Shown in pieces: positions 9,156 to 19,849 of a stretch of 64,000 nt of DNA. The stretch is from positions 37,021-101,020 of the forward strand of contig CAVVIC010000018.1 in NCBI GenBank assembly GCA_963748045.1, in the 5' to 3' direction. The first letter of the stretch is position 1; every line of letters starts with the position of its first letter. Below the pieces are notes generated by a model, which was not told the DNA's origin, did no database searches, and saw only the letters and a list, made by a program, of their open reading frames with translations. This DNA comes from an uncultured Gammaproteobacteria bacterium. Its GTDB lineage: Bacteria > Pseudomonadota > Gammaproteobacteria > Steroidobacterales > Rariloculaceae. The translations under genes and the position numbers were made by a program.

Positions 9156-10145
9156 CGCGCGTTCCAACTCTCCCAACACCGCGCGGTCGAGCCAACTGCG
9201 CAGTCGATAGTTTTCGATGAACGCGCAGTGCCCGCCGTGCGGGAACACGTCGACAGACAGCGCACTCGTGACGGCGATATCGGCCAGATCTTCGATCGGA
9301 ATGACCGGATCGTCGGCCGCGGCGATGATGCGTGTCGGCACGGCCAGATTCGCCAAGACGTCCCCGGTGACCGCGTAGCCTTTCAGGTACGAGTCGAGAT
9401 CGGGGAAGCCTGCATAGCGCGTCGCAAAGAACTCGGTCGTCGCCGTAAGCGTCGGCAGCTTATGCAGATTGCCGAAATCGTAGAGCTCGGGAAAGCACGC
9501 GGCCTTCGCGAGCAGGCTTCGCCGCCAACGGCGAAGAAAGTACTTTCGATACACCCAGAGACCTTCCTCGAGCGCCCGCATCGTGCTGTGCGGCCGCAAC
9601 ACGGGACAAATCGCCACGACGCGCGCGAGGTCGATGCCCTCGGCCGGCGCTCGCGCCGCGACGCGTAGCGCGAAGTTGCCGCCGAGCGAGTGGCCCACGA
9701 GGAACGTGCGCGGCGCACGATGCGTGGCGACGATACGCTGCACGGCTCCGACGACTTCGGCGATACGGCACGAATGGAACAGCTCTCTATTCAACGCAAA
9801 CGTATTGCCGTGATCGCGGAAGTTCAGCCGGAAGATGTCGAAGCCCGCTTCGTACAGCCGGCCGCCGGTGGACAGGACGTAACTCGCCGCGGCGCTGCCC
9901 TCCCAGCCATGTAACAGAATCACGAGCCCGCGTGTGGTGCTCCGCTGCGGGCTGAAGTGGCCCAAAAGACGCACGCCGGCGCCGCAGTCGACGATCTCAT
10001 CCAAAGTCGCCGCCAGCATTGGGCTGGCCTGCCGGCCCAGCCATGGCTGACGAAACGGCCAGCCCGCCAGCAACGACTGCACATGGCGATGACGAAGCCC
10101 GACGGGGGGCTTGAATGCACTTACGACGTGCGGCGTACGCTGCAT
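9150..10145 (-). CDS. alpha/beta-fold hydrolase (YheT-like)
   Basis: Intact 331-aa ORF. Has the nucleophile elbow GHSLGGN, ...VILLHGWEGSAAASY..., and a C-terminal ...HGGHCAF... consistent with the YheT/ABHD1-3 type. Confidence 0.75.
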   Translation of the reverse strand: MQRTPHVVSAFKPPVGLRHRHVQSLLAGWPFRQPWLGRQASPMLAATLDEIVDCGAGVRLLGHFSPQRSTTRGLVILLHGWEGSAAASYVLSTGGRLYEAGFDIFRLNFRDHGNTFALNRELFHSCRIAEVVGAVQRIVATHRAPRTFLVGHSLGGNFALRVAARAPAEGIDLARVVAICPVLRPHSTMRALEEGLWVYRKYFLRRWRRSLLAKAACFPELYDFGNLHKLPTLTATTEFFATRYAGFPDLDSYLKGYAVTGDVLANLAVPTRIIAAADDPVIPIEDLADIAVTSALSVDVFPHGGHCAFIENYRLRSWLDRAVLGELERAL

Positions 10146-10235
10146 AGTTATAGACTTGGATTCGGTCGCAACCGTGTCGAACCGAGACCCGGGGGACCGT
10201 ATAACAACTATAACAATGAACCCGGAATCGCGCGC

Positions 10236-12287
10236 ATGCCGAGCTCCGCCCTCAATTTCGGATTGAAACGCCGGTCGCTCGCGTCAATGGGCGCGCTATT
10301 CGCGGGTGTCAGCGTCGTTTTCGCTGTCCTTTTGTACCTGCTGGCGACCGGCAGAGTGTCGCTTCTCACGTTCGGCGTCTTGCTGTTCATCGGCGTGCTG
10401 GTCGCGACCGGTATCGCATTGCTGTTGATTCACTCTCTGGCCGACGGCTTCGCAAGACCACTGCGGGAGGTTTCCGATGCGCTCGCAAACGCGGCTCGCG
10501 GCGACTTCGACTCGGTGGCGAACTTCGGCGAGGCCAGCGAGCTGCGCGATCTCGCGGGGGCGGTCAACGCCATGCGCACGAGCCTGCGCACCAGCACGAT
10601 CTCGCGTGACTACCTCGATAGGCTGCTGTCGAGCATGGGCGAGGCGCTGTTGATCACGGACATGAACGGCCGCATCGAGCGCGCGAACGCCGCGGCGGGC
10701 GAGCTGTTCGGCCATGCGGAAGGCGAGCTCATGGGCAAGCTCGCTGACGAGTTGATCCTTTCGAGCGACCGCCGCCGGGCGGAAGGCGTGGCCTCCCGAC
10801 CGCGCGAAGGCGCCGTGCTACGCCCCGACGGCTCGACCGTCAGCGTGTCGTACACGGTCGCGAACGTGCACAACGATCGCAACGACCTCGTCAGCAAGGT
10901 GTACGCAGCTCACAACATCGACGAACGCAAACGCGTCGAGCAGCGAATTCGCTATCTGGCGCGAACCGATTCGTTGACGAAGATCGCGAACCGCATGCAG
11001 TTCCAGCACATGCTGCAACAGGCGATCGCGCGTGCACGCAGGAGTCAGCAGTACGTCGCGATCCTGTATCTCGACGTCGACCGATTCAAGGACATCAACG
11101 ACACGTTTGGTCATTCCGCGGGCGACACGAGTCTCGAGATCTTCGCGCGGCGAATCCTCGCCGAACTAGGCGAAAACGCGCACGCCGGCCGCCTGGCAGG
11201 CGATGAGTTCGCGGTGCTGATCACGGGCTTCGAGCGCCTCGACGCAATGCAGAGGTATCTCGGGGAGCTCGCGCCGCGGTTGTTACAGGCGGCGGGCAAA
11301 CCGTTCCAGGTGCACGGCGAGGAGATCTTCCTGACGGCCAGCATGGGCATCGCGGTCTATCCCCGCGACGGCGACAACGTCATCGATCTGATCCGCAACG
11401 CCGACGCGGCGCTGTACCAGGCGAAGAAGGCCGGCGGCAACTGCTACGAGTGGTATTCGGCGGACATGAATACCGCGGCGGTCGAGCGGCTGATGCTGAA
11501 GAGCAAGCTGCGCCGCGCACTCGAGCGCGACGAGCTACGGATCCAGTACCAGCCGAAATACCGATTGAATACCGGCCGGCTCGAGGGCGCGGAGGCGTTG
11601 CTGCGCTGGGACTTGCCGGAGCGCGGCATCGTGTTGCCGTCGGACTTCGTACCGCTCGCCGAGGAAACGAACCTGATCCTGCAGCTCGGCGACTGGGTAC
11701 TGAACCGCGTGTGCGCGGACTATCGCGCGTGGCAGCGCACCGTGCCATCGCCATGCCGCGTATCCGTCAATTTGTCGCTGCGGCAGTTGCAGCAACGGCG
11801 GTTCCTCGATCAGGTGCGCGACACGTTTCGCGCGCACGGCGTCTCGCCTACCTCGCTCGAGCTCGAGATCACGGAAACGACGCTGATGGAAGATCCCGAG
11901 CGAACCGTCCGGATTCTCGATGCGTTATACGGTATGGGCCTGCACCTCGCGATCGACGACTTCGGCACCGGGTACTCGTCGTTGAGCGCACTGCAGCAGT
12001 TCCCGATCAACACCCTGAAGATCGACCAATCGTTCGTGCGTAACGTCGCCGTCGACCGGGACGACGCCGCGATCGTCGACGCGATCATTCAGATGGCACA
12101 CAGCTTGCGACTCGAAGTTGTGGCGGAAGGTGTGGAATCCGAGGCGCAGCTGGATTTCCTGCGCAAGCACGGTTGTGATTATGCGCAAGGGCACCTGTTC
12201 GGCGACCCCGTCAACGCGGACCAGTTCTGCGAACTGCTGATCTCCGAAGCCGGGGGCAGCGGCAAGTACCGAGCGCTGTTCGCCTGA
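10236..12287 (+). CDS. membrane-bound HAMP-PAS-GGDEF-EAL signalling protein (c-di-GMP turnover)
   Basis: Start at the ATG at 10236 (MPSSALNF...), followed by two TM segments. The GGDEF domain has the variant motif AGDEF (RLAGDEFAVLI). The EAL domain has EALLRW and DDFGTGYSSL motifs. Confidence 0.85.
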   Translation: MPSSALNFGLKRRSLASMGALFAGVSVVFAVLLYLLATGRVSLLTFGVLLFIGVLVATGIALLLIHSLADGFARPLREVSDALANAARGDFDSVANFGEASELRDLAGAVNAMRTSLRTSTISRDYLDRLLSSMGEALLITDMNGRIERANAAAGELFGHAEGELMGKLADELILSSDRRRAEGVASRPREGAVLRPDGSTVSVSYTVANVHNDRNDLVSKVYAAHNIDERKRVEQRIRYLARTDSLTKIANRMQFQHMLQQAIARARRSQQYVAILYLDVDRFKDINDTFGHSAGDTSLEIFARRILAELGENAHAGRLAGDEFAVLITGFERLDAMQRYLGELAPRLLQAAGKPFQVHGEEIFLTASMGIAVYPRDGDNVIDLIRNADAALYQAKKAGGNCYEWYSADMNTAAVERLMLKSKLRRALERDELRIQYQPKYRLNTGRLEGAEALLRWDLPERGIVLPSDFVPLAEETNLILQLGDWVLNRVCADYRAWQRTVPSPCRVSVNLSLRQLQQRRFLDQVRDTFRAHGVSPTSLELEITETTLMEDPERTVRILDALYGMGLHLAIDDFGTGYSSLSALQQFPINTLKIDQSFVRNVAVDRDDAAIVDAIIQMAHSLRLEVVAEGVESEAQLDFLRKHGCDYAQGHLFGDPVNADQFCELLISEAGGSGKYRALFA

Positions 12288-12362
12288 GCAGGTAATGCTT
12301 CAGTTCGCGGCCTTGAGGTATATTGCAGGCTCGCATCTTGAGAATTCCAACGAGGTAATGTC

Positions 12363-12713
12363 ATGAGAACGCTGACGTGTTGGTCCGTGGTTGCAGTTGC
12401 CGGCTGTTTCGCCATTGCCGCGGCGGCCTGCGAGAACCCCACCCTCGTCTCTATTCCCGAGGGCAAGGCGTCGACGCTCGAGCAGATGCTTGCAGCACAA
12501 GGCCAGGTCAAGACGTATCAGGCCAAGATGAACGAGTACCTGGCGTGCATCGATGCCGAGGCAGATACGCAGGGCGAAAAGGCGCCGAACGAATACAAGG
12601 CGTTGATGGTCAACCGGCACAATGCCGCCGTCGCCGAGATGGAAGGCGTGGCCGCCGCGTTCAACGACCAGATCAAGGCGTACAAGGCTGCCAATTCGGC
12701 GCCCGCCAAGTAA
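12363..12713 (+). CDS. small exported/lipoprotein-like hypothetical protein
   Basis: 116-aa ORF with a signal sequence ending ...FAIAAAAC, followed by a helical, Ala/Lys/Glu-rich body. A strong terminator follows. Confidence 0.6.
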   Translation: MRTLTCWSVVAVAGCFAIAAAACENPTLVSIPEGKASTLEQMLAAQGQVKTYQAKMNEYLACIDAEADTQGEKAPNEYKALMVNRHNAAVAEMEGVAAAFNDQIKAYKAANSAPAK

Positions 12714-12728
12714 CGATCCGCTTCGAAC

Positions 12729-12754
12729 CTGGCGGCGCCGGCCGGCGCCGCCAG
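12729..12754. terminator. bidirectional intrinsic terminator hairpin between convergent genes
   Basis: Perfect 26-nt GC palindrome, CTGGCGGCGCCGG/CCGGCGCCGCCAG, followed by cgTTTcaTTTTT on the + strand. It sits between the stops at 12713 (+) and 12759 (-). Confidence 0.7.
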
Positions 12755-12758
12755 CGTT

Positions 12759-12995
12759 TCATTTTTCCAGCGCTTCGATCTGACGCTTCAAGTCGTACTT
12801 GTCGTCGGTCACGATCCGTTCGAGCACCTTCACGCGCTCTTCCAGTTGATCGAGGCGCTGCTGCCAGGCAATTCGGTCCGCGTCGTCCGTACCGCGCAGA
12901 TTCTGCAGATTCTTCTGATGCATCCGCAGAGTCACGAGCTTGTAGGTGAATACGACAATCAGGATCGCGATTACAAATTCAAAAACAGGATTCAT
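12759..12995 (-). CDS. small single-TM coiled-coil protein, PspB-like architecture, last gene of the psp operon
   Basis: ATG at 12995 (MNPVFEFVIAILIVVFTYKLVTL...). It has an N-terminal TM helix, then ...LDQLEERVKVLERIVTDD..., which resembles the PspB motif ...MESRVNALETILDNE... Lies 42 nt downstream of pspC. Confidence 0.6.
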   Translation of the reverse strand: MNPVFEFVIAILIVVFTYKLVTLRMHQKNLQNLRGTDDADRIAWQQRLDQLEERVKVLERIVTDDKYDLKRQIEALEK

Positions 12996-13036
12996 CGGCG
13001 CCGACCTCCCCGTCCACGCCACGCAGGGCATTAGTC

Positions 13037-13432
13037 CTATTGATTCAGCTGCTGGAACTCGCGGTCGAGCTTGTAGCGGCTCGACGTCACGTACTTCTCG
13101 AGTCGTTGCAGCCGCACGTCGAGATCCCGAAACCGATAGCGCACGCCGGACAGGCTGCTGTGCGGATTCGAACGCACTTGCCTCTGCACCGGATCCGGAG
13201 CGCTACGCTCACCACCTTCGTAGCTTCTGACAGGCAACAGGAATCCGAGCACGACGTACGCGACGATCACGAGCGGCGCCGAGAATACCGCGCCGAGCGC
13301 GACGAGCACCCTCACGACGGTGACGTCGAAACCGAAATAGTCCGCGAGCCCGGCGCACACGCCGAAGATTTTGCCGCTGCTCGGAATCCGATACAGCCGA
13401 TTGACGAGTTTTGGGCCACGCTCAGCGTTCAT
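13037..13432 (-). CDS. pspC: envelope stress response membrane protein PspC
   Basis: ATG at 13432. MNAERGPKLVNRLYRIPSSGKIFGVCAGLADYFGFDVTVVRVLVAL... is the PspC N-terminal domain, followed by a TM helix and a C-terminal leucine-zipper-like tail. Confidence 0.85.
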   Translation of the reverse strand: MNAERGPKLVNRLYRIPSSGKIFGVCAGLADYFGFDVTVVRVLVALGAVFSAPLVIVAYVVLGFLLPVRSYEGGERSAPDPVQRQVRSNPHSSLSGVRYRFRDLDVRLQRLEKYVTSSRYKLDREFQQLNQ

Positions 13433-13484
13433 TACCGCACTCCGGAAGCAGTCGCGCATCGGTCACTTAAGGTGATGTGCACGA

Positions 13485-13694
13485 TCATAGCTTCTTCCTC
13501 CAATCGGGAACCTCGTTGTCCAGAATCGTTTCGAGCGCGTTCACACGGCTCTCCATAGCCTGGCTCTCCTTCCACAGATCCTCGAGCATCTGGTGCTCGT
13601 CGTCGGAGAGACCCTTCGTCGCTTTCCATTTGGTCGAGTAGTGCATGACCATGAACAGCGGCAGCACCACCGTCATGAACACGATAACGAGCAC
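13485..13694 (-). CDS. pspB: envelope stress response membrane protein PspB
   Basis: 69 codons from the GTG at 13694. Has a TM helix, then ...LSDDEHQMLEDLWKESQAMESRVNALETILDNEVPDWRKKL, collinear with E. coli PspB. Confidence 0.8.
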   Translation of the reverse strand: MLVIVFMTVVLPLFMVMHYSTKWKATKGLSDDEHQMLEDLWKESQAMESRVNALETILDNEVPDWRKKL

Positions 13695-13724
13695 GAACCA
13701 GGGCTGAACTGTCGTGCATGGCTG

Positions 13725-14417
13725 TCAGACCGGACCGCTACCGCCGCTCTTCTGGCCCGCGCGTTTCGACTTCAGCTCACGTAGTTCCTTCGCAACGGCA
13801 TCCTCGGCCTCGAGGTCTGCGAACTCGTCCTGCAAGCCCTTCTTGTTCTTGCTGCCCATGTCGTAGGCCTCGACGTAGGCCTCCATGTCGTCGACGCGCC
13901 GCTCGAACTGGTCGAACTTGATGAACGCATCGTCGATGCGCGCGCTGTGCAGGCGCTTGCGGACCTCGAGACGGCGGCTGGCCGTCTGCTGGCGGGCCAA
14001 AATGGCCTGTTGGCGCGTCTTGGCGTCCACGAGCTTCTCCTCGAGCCGCACGATGTCCTCATTCAGGCGCTCGAGCCCGTCGCCGAGCGACTGGTGTTGG
14101 CTGCGCAAAGCATCCGCCGCGGTCACGACGCGGCCCTTCTCGGCCAACGCCGCTTTGGCGAGATCCTCGCGTTCCTTGTCGAGCGCGAGCTCCGCCTTGG
14201 ACTGCCAATCGCGGGACTCGGTCTCGAGCCCCGTCAGCGTACGCGTGATCTCTTTGCGGTCGGCAATAGCGCGTGCCGCCGTCGAGCGCACCTCGACCAG
14301 GGTGTCTTCCATCTCCTGGATCATGAGGCGTACGAGCTTCTCCGGGTCCTCGGCCTTGTCGAGGATGGAGTTGATATTGGCATTCACGATATCGGTAAAG
14401 CGGGAGAAGATGCCCAT
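13725..14417 (-). CDS. pspA: phage shock protein A
   Basis: ATG at 14417, preceded by GAGGA. MGIFSRFTDIVNANINSILDKAEDPEKLVRLMIQEMEDTLVEVRS... is the canonical PspA/IM30 N-terminus, and the rest is coiled coil. Confidence 0.92.
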   Translation of the reverse strand: MGIFSRFTDIVNANINSILDKAEDPEKLVRLMIQEMEDTLVEVRSTAARAIADRKEITRTLTGLETESRDWQSKAELALDKEREDLAKAALAEKGRVVTAADALRSQHQSLGDGLERLNEDIVRLEEKLVDAKTRQQAILARQQTASRRLEVRKRLHSARIDDAFIKFDQFERRVDDMEAYVEAYDMGSKNKKGLQDEFADLEAEDAVAKELRELKSKRAGQKSGGSGPV

Positions 14418-14451
14418 GGCCGGGTCCTCTGTCTGTAGGTGGTCTTCGGTT

Positions 14452-14467
14452 AGCAGGATCCATGCCA
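14452..14467 (-). promoter_or_regulatory. sigma-54 (-24/-12) promoter of pspA
   Basis: The minus strand reads TGGCATGGATCCTGCT. The GG and GC elements have the canonical spacing, about 35 nt upstream of the pspA ATG, and face the divergent sigma-54 activator gene pspF. Confidence 0.7.
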
Positions 14468-14595
14468 GGCGGCCCACTACTGCCTAAGCCGCTGAATAGT
14501 CTGTCATCTACGGACTTGCCCGGACAATACGGCGATGGGCATCGCGGCAGCCGTTCGGCTAAGATTTCGCCGAAACAACCAATTCTTGGTGGCTC

Positions 14596-15649
14596 TTGAC
14601 CACTGCAGCCCCGACCGCCGACAGCACCGGCCTTTTTGGCGAAGCGCCTTCGTTCATGGCCATGCTCGAGCACGTGTCGCGCGCTGCCAAGCTCGCCAAG
14701 CCCGTGCTCGTGATCGGCGAGCGGGGCACCGGCAAGGAATTGATCGCGTCGCGCCTGCACTATCTCTCGGAGCGGTGGGAGCAGCCGCTCGTGAAGGTCA
14801 ACTGTGCCGCGCTGACCGAATCGTTGCTCGAGACCGAACTGTTCGGCCATCAGGCCGGCGCATTCACGGGCGCCACGCGAACTCACATCGGCCGATTCGA
14901 GCAGGCTGACGGCGGCACGCTCGTGCTCGACGAGCTCGGCACGATTCCGCTGCGCATGCAGGAGAAGATCCTGCGCGTCATCGAGTACGGCGAGTTCCAG
15001 CGCGTCGGCGGCTCCGAGACGCTGCGGACCGACGTCCGAATCGTCGGCGCCACGAACGAGCATCTGCCGCGACTGGTCGAGATCGGGCGATTTCGGCCCG
15101 ACCTGCTCGACCGCCTCGCCTTCGACGTGGTGCACGTGCCGCCGCTGCGCGCGCGACCCGAGGACATCGGCACGCTCGCCTATCACTTCGCGGTCAACGT
15201 CACGAAGGAGCTGCGGCGGCAGTTTTTCCCTGGCTTCACGTCGGAGGCGAAAGCGGCGCTGCTCGGGTACGCCTGGCCCGGCAATGTCCGCGAGCTGAAG
15301 AACGCCATCGAGCGCAGCGTGTATCGTGCCGAGGCACCGGATCAGCCGATCCATACGATTCTGTTCGATCCGTTCGCCTCGCCGTACAACCCCGACCGCG
15401 CCGACACCACCTCCAGCCGCCGCCGACACGCCCGCCGTCCCGCTACCTGCGGCTGCCGACGACGGAGTGCCGCGTGACTTCCGCTCCGCGGTTGCCGCGT
15501 TCGAGCAGCAATTGCTGCAGCGGGCGCTGCAGCGCGCTCAGTTCAAACAGACGTTGGCGGCCAAATTGCTCGGCTTGAGCTACCACCAGCTACGCAGCCT
15601 GCTGCGAAAATACGGCCTCGCGAAAGGCGGCACTGACAGCGGCGAGTGA
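14596..15649 (+). pseudogene. pspF: sigma-54-dependent transcriptional activator PspF, frame interrupted once in the linker
   Basis: The AAA+ sigma-54 interaction domain has no receiver domain (VLVIGERGTGKELIA, GAFTGA loop in HQAGAFTGATR, ...WPGNVRELKNAIERS). The C-terminal HTH (FKQTLAAKLLGLSYHQLRSLLRKYGL) is in the +1 frame (ORF 15326-15649), with the shift near 15390-15420. Length is 1054 = 3n+1. Confidence 0.88.
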
Positions 15650-15751
15650 CGCACGTCGCACGTCCGCCTCGCGAGCTGCCGGTCCCGCGATGCGTGATGC
15701 TAAGATGCCGGGCTCGTTTTCAGCACTTTTCCGTCGAGGCACACGTCAATC

Positions 15752-16741
15752 ATGAAGCAAAAGAGCAAGCCGCCCGTGCGGGTCGCCATCACCGGCGCCG
15801 CGGGCCAGATCGGGTATCAGTTGGCCTTTCGGATCGCATCGGGTCAGCTGTTCGGACAGGACCAGCCGATCATCCTGCAGCTGCTCGAAATCACGCCGGC
15901 GCTCGGCGCGCTGAACGGCGTCGCGATGGAACTCGACGATTGCGCTTTCGACACGCTGCACAGCGTCGTGGTGACCGACAAGGCCGAGGAGGCGTTCCGC
16001 GATACGAACTACGCGCTGTTGGTCGGCGCGCGGCCGCGCGGCCCCGGTATGGAACGCAAAGATCTCTTGATCGCGAACGCGCAGATTTTCTCGGCCCAGG
16101 GCAAGGCGCTCGACAAAGTCGCCGACCGCCGCGTGAAGGTGCTCGTCGTCGGCAACCCGGCCAACACGAATGCACTCATCGCACGCGAGAACGCCAAAGG
16201 GCTCGATCCCCGCAACTTCACCGCGATGACGCGCCTCGATCACAACCGCGCCAAGGCGCAGCTCGCCGGCAAGGTCGGCGCACACGTCAGCGACGTGCGG
16301 CGCGCGATCATCTGGGGCAACCACTCGGCGACGCAGTTCCCGGATCTCGCGCACGCGACGGTCAACGGCACGGCTGCACTCACGCGTGTGTCGCAGGCCT
16401 GGTACCGCGACGAGTTCATTCCCACCGTGCAACAGCGTGGCGCAGCGATCATCAAAGCGCGCGGCGCTTCGTCCGCGGCCTCGGCGGCGTCGGCGGCCAT
16501 CGATCACGTCCACGACTGGGCGCTCGGCACGCCGGACGACGACTGGGTGAGCATGGCCGTCGCGTCCGACGGCAGCTACGGCATCGGCGAGGGCTTGGTG
16601 TACTCGTACCCGGTCCGCTGTGTCCGCGGCGAGTACCAGATCGTGCAAGGCCTCGCTGTCGACGACTTCGGCCGCAGCAAAATGGCGGCCACCGAAACCG
16701 AGCTCCGCGATGAGCGTGCCGGGGTCAAAGACTTGCTGTAG
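15752..16741 (+). CDS. mdh: malate dehydrogenase (LDH-like MDH clade)
   Basis: Intact 329 aa. [21 protein letters not shown]...[18 protein letters not shown]...[13 protein letters not shown]...[12 protein letters not shown] are MDH signatures. Confidence 0.92.
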   Translation: MKQKSKPPVRVAITGAAGQIGYQLAFRIASGQLFGQDQPIILQLLEITPALGALNGVAMELDDCAFDTLHSVVVTDKAEEAFRDTNYALLVGARPRGPGMERKDLLIANAQIFSAQGKALDKVADRRVKVLVVGNPANTNALIARENAKGLDPRNFTAMTRLDHNRAKAQLAGKVGAHVSDVRRAIIWGNHSATQFPDLAHATVNGTAALTRVSQAWYRDEFIPTVQQRGAAIIKARGASSAASAASAAIDHVHDWALGTPDDDWVSMAVASDGSYGIGEGLVYSYPVRCVRGEYQIVQGLAVDDFGRSKMAATETELRDERAGVKDLL

Positions 16742-16791
16742 GCCCGCGCCGCGAGTGGCGTGACCGCGAACCACTCCCGAAAGGAGTAGCG

Positions 16792-19222
16792 ATGGCAACG
16801 TTCGTTTGGCTGCTGCTCCTGGTCGTATTCCCGATCACGCTCGCGTACTGGCGCGCGAACCTGCTCGTTGCAACGAGCGCGCTCGGCGCGCTGCTCGCTG
16901 CCTACGCCTTCCTCGGGCACGGCAGTCCCGCTTGGAACGCAGTGTGGGGAGCTCTGTTCGCTCTGCTGCTGTTCCTGAACCTCGTGCCACTGCGCCGTGC
17001 GCTCATCAGCGCGCAGCTGCTCGGCCTGTATCGCCGCATGCTGCCGAGCATGTCGAAGACGGAACAGGACGCGCTCGAAGCCGGCAACGTCTGGTGGGAA
17101 GGCGAGCTGTTCGCCGGCATGCCGGACTGGCGCAAGCTACTCCGCTTGCCGGCTCCGCATCTCACCGCCGAGGAGCAGGCGTTTCTCGACGGCCCGACCG
17201 AAGAGCTCTGCCGCATCCTCGACGACTGGCAGATCACGCACGAGCTGGCCGACATGCCGCCGAACGTCTGGCAGTACATCAAGGCGCAGAAGTTCTTCGC
17301 GATGATCATCCCGAAGGACTACGGCGGCCTCGGCTTCTCGCCGCTCGCGAGCTCAATGGTGCTCGCAAAGATCGCGTCGCGGAACGCGACGGCCGCATCC
17401 ACGATCGGCGTGCCGAACTCGCTCGGCCCAGCGGAGCTGCTGCTGCATTACGGCACCGACGAGCAGAAGCAACGCTGGTTGCCGGGCCTCGCGAACGGCA
17501 CCGAGATCCCATGCTTCGCGCTGACCTCGCCGCGCGTGGGCTCCGACGCCACCGCGCTCGTCGACAAAGGCGTCGTCTGCAAAGGCACGTTCGACGGCCG
17601 CGAAGTGCTCGGCATCCGGCTGAACTGGGACAAGCGTTACATCACGCTGGCGCCGATCGCGACCGTGCTCGGCCTCGCGTTCAAGCTCTACGACCCCGAT
17701 CACCTGCTCGGCGACGTCGAGGAGTACGGCATCACGGCGGCGCTGATACCGACGAACCTGCCCGGCATCGAGATCGGCCGGCGCCACTTCCCGCTGAACA
17801 TTCCGTTCCAGAACGGCCCGACACGCGGCCACGACGTGTTCGTGCCGATCGATGCGATCATCGGCGGCCCGAAGATGGCCGGTCAGGGCTGGCGCATGCT
17901 CGTGCAGCTGCTCGCCGTCGGCCGCAGCATCGTGCTGCCGAGCAACGCGCTCGGCGGGGCCATGGCGGCGCTGTACGCCTCCGGCGCGTACGCGAAATTG
18001 CGCAGGCAGTTCGGCCTGCCGATCGGCAAATTCCACGGCGTCGGCGAAGCGCTGGCGCGCATGGCCGGCAACGTCTACACGATGACGGCCGCCTCGCGCG
18101 TGACCTGCACGGCGCTGCTGCACGGCGAGAAGCCCGCCGTGCCGTCGGCGATTCTGAAGTACCACAACACCGAGCTCGGCCGGCAAGTCGCGAACGACGC
18201 CATGGACGTGCACGGCGGCAAAGCGATCATGCTCGGGCCGAAGAACTACCTCGCGCGCGGTTACGAATCCGTGCCGATCGCGATCACGGTAGAGGGCGCG
18301 AACATCCTGACGCGCAACCTGATCATCTTCGGCCAGGGCGCGATCCGCTGCCATCCGTTCGTACGCGCCGAGATGGACGCGGTGCGCAACCCCGATCGCA
18401 ACGCGGGGCTCGCGGCGTTCGACCGGCTGCTGTTCGGCCACATCGGCTACGCCATCTCGAACGCGGCCCGCTCGTTCGTACTGGCGCTCACGATGGCGCG
18501 ATTCACGTCCGTTCCAGTCTCGGGGCCGACACGGCGCTTCTACCAGAAGATCAACCGCTACAGCGCATCGTTCGCGCTGCTGACGGACGCGGCCATGCTG
18601 ACGCTCGGCGGCGAGTTGAAGCGCCGCGAGCTCCTGTCCGCGCGGTTCGGCGACATCCTGAGCTACATGTATCTCACTTCGATGGTGCTGAAGCACTACC
18701 GCGACCGAGGCGAGCCAGCCGACGAGTTGCCGCTCGTCGAGTGGTCGTGCCGCACGCTGCTCTACAAAGCGCAGGAGCAGTTTCACGGTCTGCTGCGCAA
18801 CTTTCCGAGCCGTTTGCTCGCCGCGCTTCTGCGGTTCCTGATCTTCCCGCGCGGCCGCACGTATTCGTCACCGTCCGACGAGCTGGGGCAGCGGATCGTG
18901 GAGCTCGTGATCAATCCCACGCCGACGCGCGAGCGCATCACGGAAGGGATCTACAAGACCGTCGAGCCGGGCAATCCGCTCGGATTGTTGCAGCAGGCGA
19001 TGGAGCTGGCGGAGCAGGTCAAGCCGCTCGAGCGGCGCGTCTTCGACGCGCGCCGCGCGGGTGCAGATCAAGGCCGAAGACACGCCGGGCCAGATCGACG
19101 AAGCCGAGCGCAAGGGCGTGCTGACCAAGGCCGAGGCCGACGCCGTGCGCGCCTTCGACCGCAAGGTGCTCGAGCTGACGGGTGTCGACGATTTCGATCC
19201 CCGCGACCTTCGTCGCGCGTAG
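16792..19222 (+). pseudogene. fadE: acyl-CoA dehydrogenase FadE (long, membrane-associated type), frame interrupted once near the 3' end
   Basis: About 755 codons match E. coli-type FadE (N-terminal TM region, ...IIPKDYGGLGFS..., ...GANILTRNLIIFGQGAIRCHP...). After about 19060 the conserved tail VQIKAEDTPGQIDEAERKGVLTKAEADAVRAFDRKVLELTGVDDFDPRDLRRA* is in the +1 frame. Length is 2431 = 3n+1. Confidence 0.88.
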
Positions 19223-19307
19223 TCGCGACCGGCGCCGGCGGCCCCGTGAGGCACCGAACGACGCGTGCTAGAGTGAGGCGACAAAACCTCGCGAGGAGTC
19301 GTCGCCC

Positions 19308-19802
19308 ATGCTGACGCGCAGCGCTTTCGTCCTGGCCTGTGCCGTGTTGACCGCGTGCGGGCAACCGTCGCCCCCGGCAGCACCCGCCGCACCGGCTGCC
19401 GCCCCGCCGGTGGCCGCACCACCCGCCGCACCGGCCACGTTCACTCGCAAACCGGCTCCGGCCGACGCCATGGCGTACATCATCGAGCCCGCCGACGGCG
19501 CGACGGTCGCGAATCCGGTCCGCGTGGTGTTCGGCTTGAAAGGCATCGGCGTAGCGCCCGCGGGCACCGATCGTCCCGACGCCGGCCACCACCATCTTCT
19601 GATCGACGCCGGGCCGCCGGCGGATCTCAATGTGCCGATTCCGAGCGACGATACACACAAACACTTCGGCGGCGGTCAGACGGAGACGATGCTGACGCTC
19701 GCGCCCGGCAAACACACGCTGCAGCTGCTGCTCGGCGACCATCTGCACGTGCCGTTCGAGCCGCCGATCGCGTCGAGCGTCGTGACGATCGAAGTGCAGT
19801 AG
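19308..19802 (+). CDS. lipoprotein resembling the family I recall as DUF4399
   Basis: Has a lipobox (AVLTAC) and a Pro/Ala linker, then ...RVVFGLKGIGVAPAGTDRPDAGHHHLLIDAG...HFGGGQTETMLTLAPGKHTLQLLLGDHLH.... Confidence 0.65.
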   Translation: MLTRSAFVLACAVLTACGQPSPPAAPAAPAAAPPVAAPPAAPATFTRKPAPADAMAYIIEPADGATVANPVRVVFGLKGIGVAPAGTDRPDAGHHHLLIDAGPPADLNVPIPSDDTHKHFGGGQTETMLTLAPGKHTLQLLLGDHLHVPFEPPIASSVVTIEVQ

Positions 19803-19849
19803 CGCCGGCACAGTCCGCCGGCGCGGCGCGCAGCGCTCCGGAGCGCAAC

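Noticed and set aside
19355-19849. N-terminal 165-codon extension of the gspA ORF
   Set aside because: It overlaps the DUF4399-like lipoprotein gene in another frame and is Arg-rich junk. The conserved GspA N-terminus begins at the GTG at 19850.
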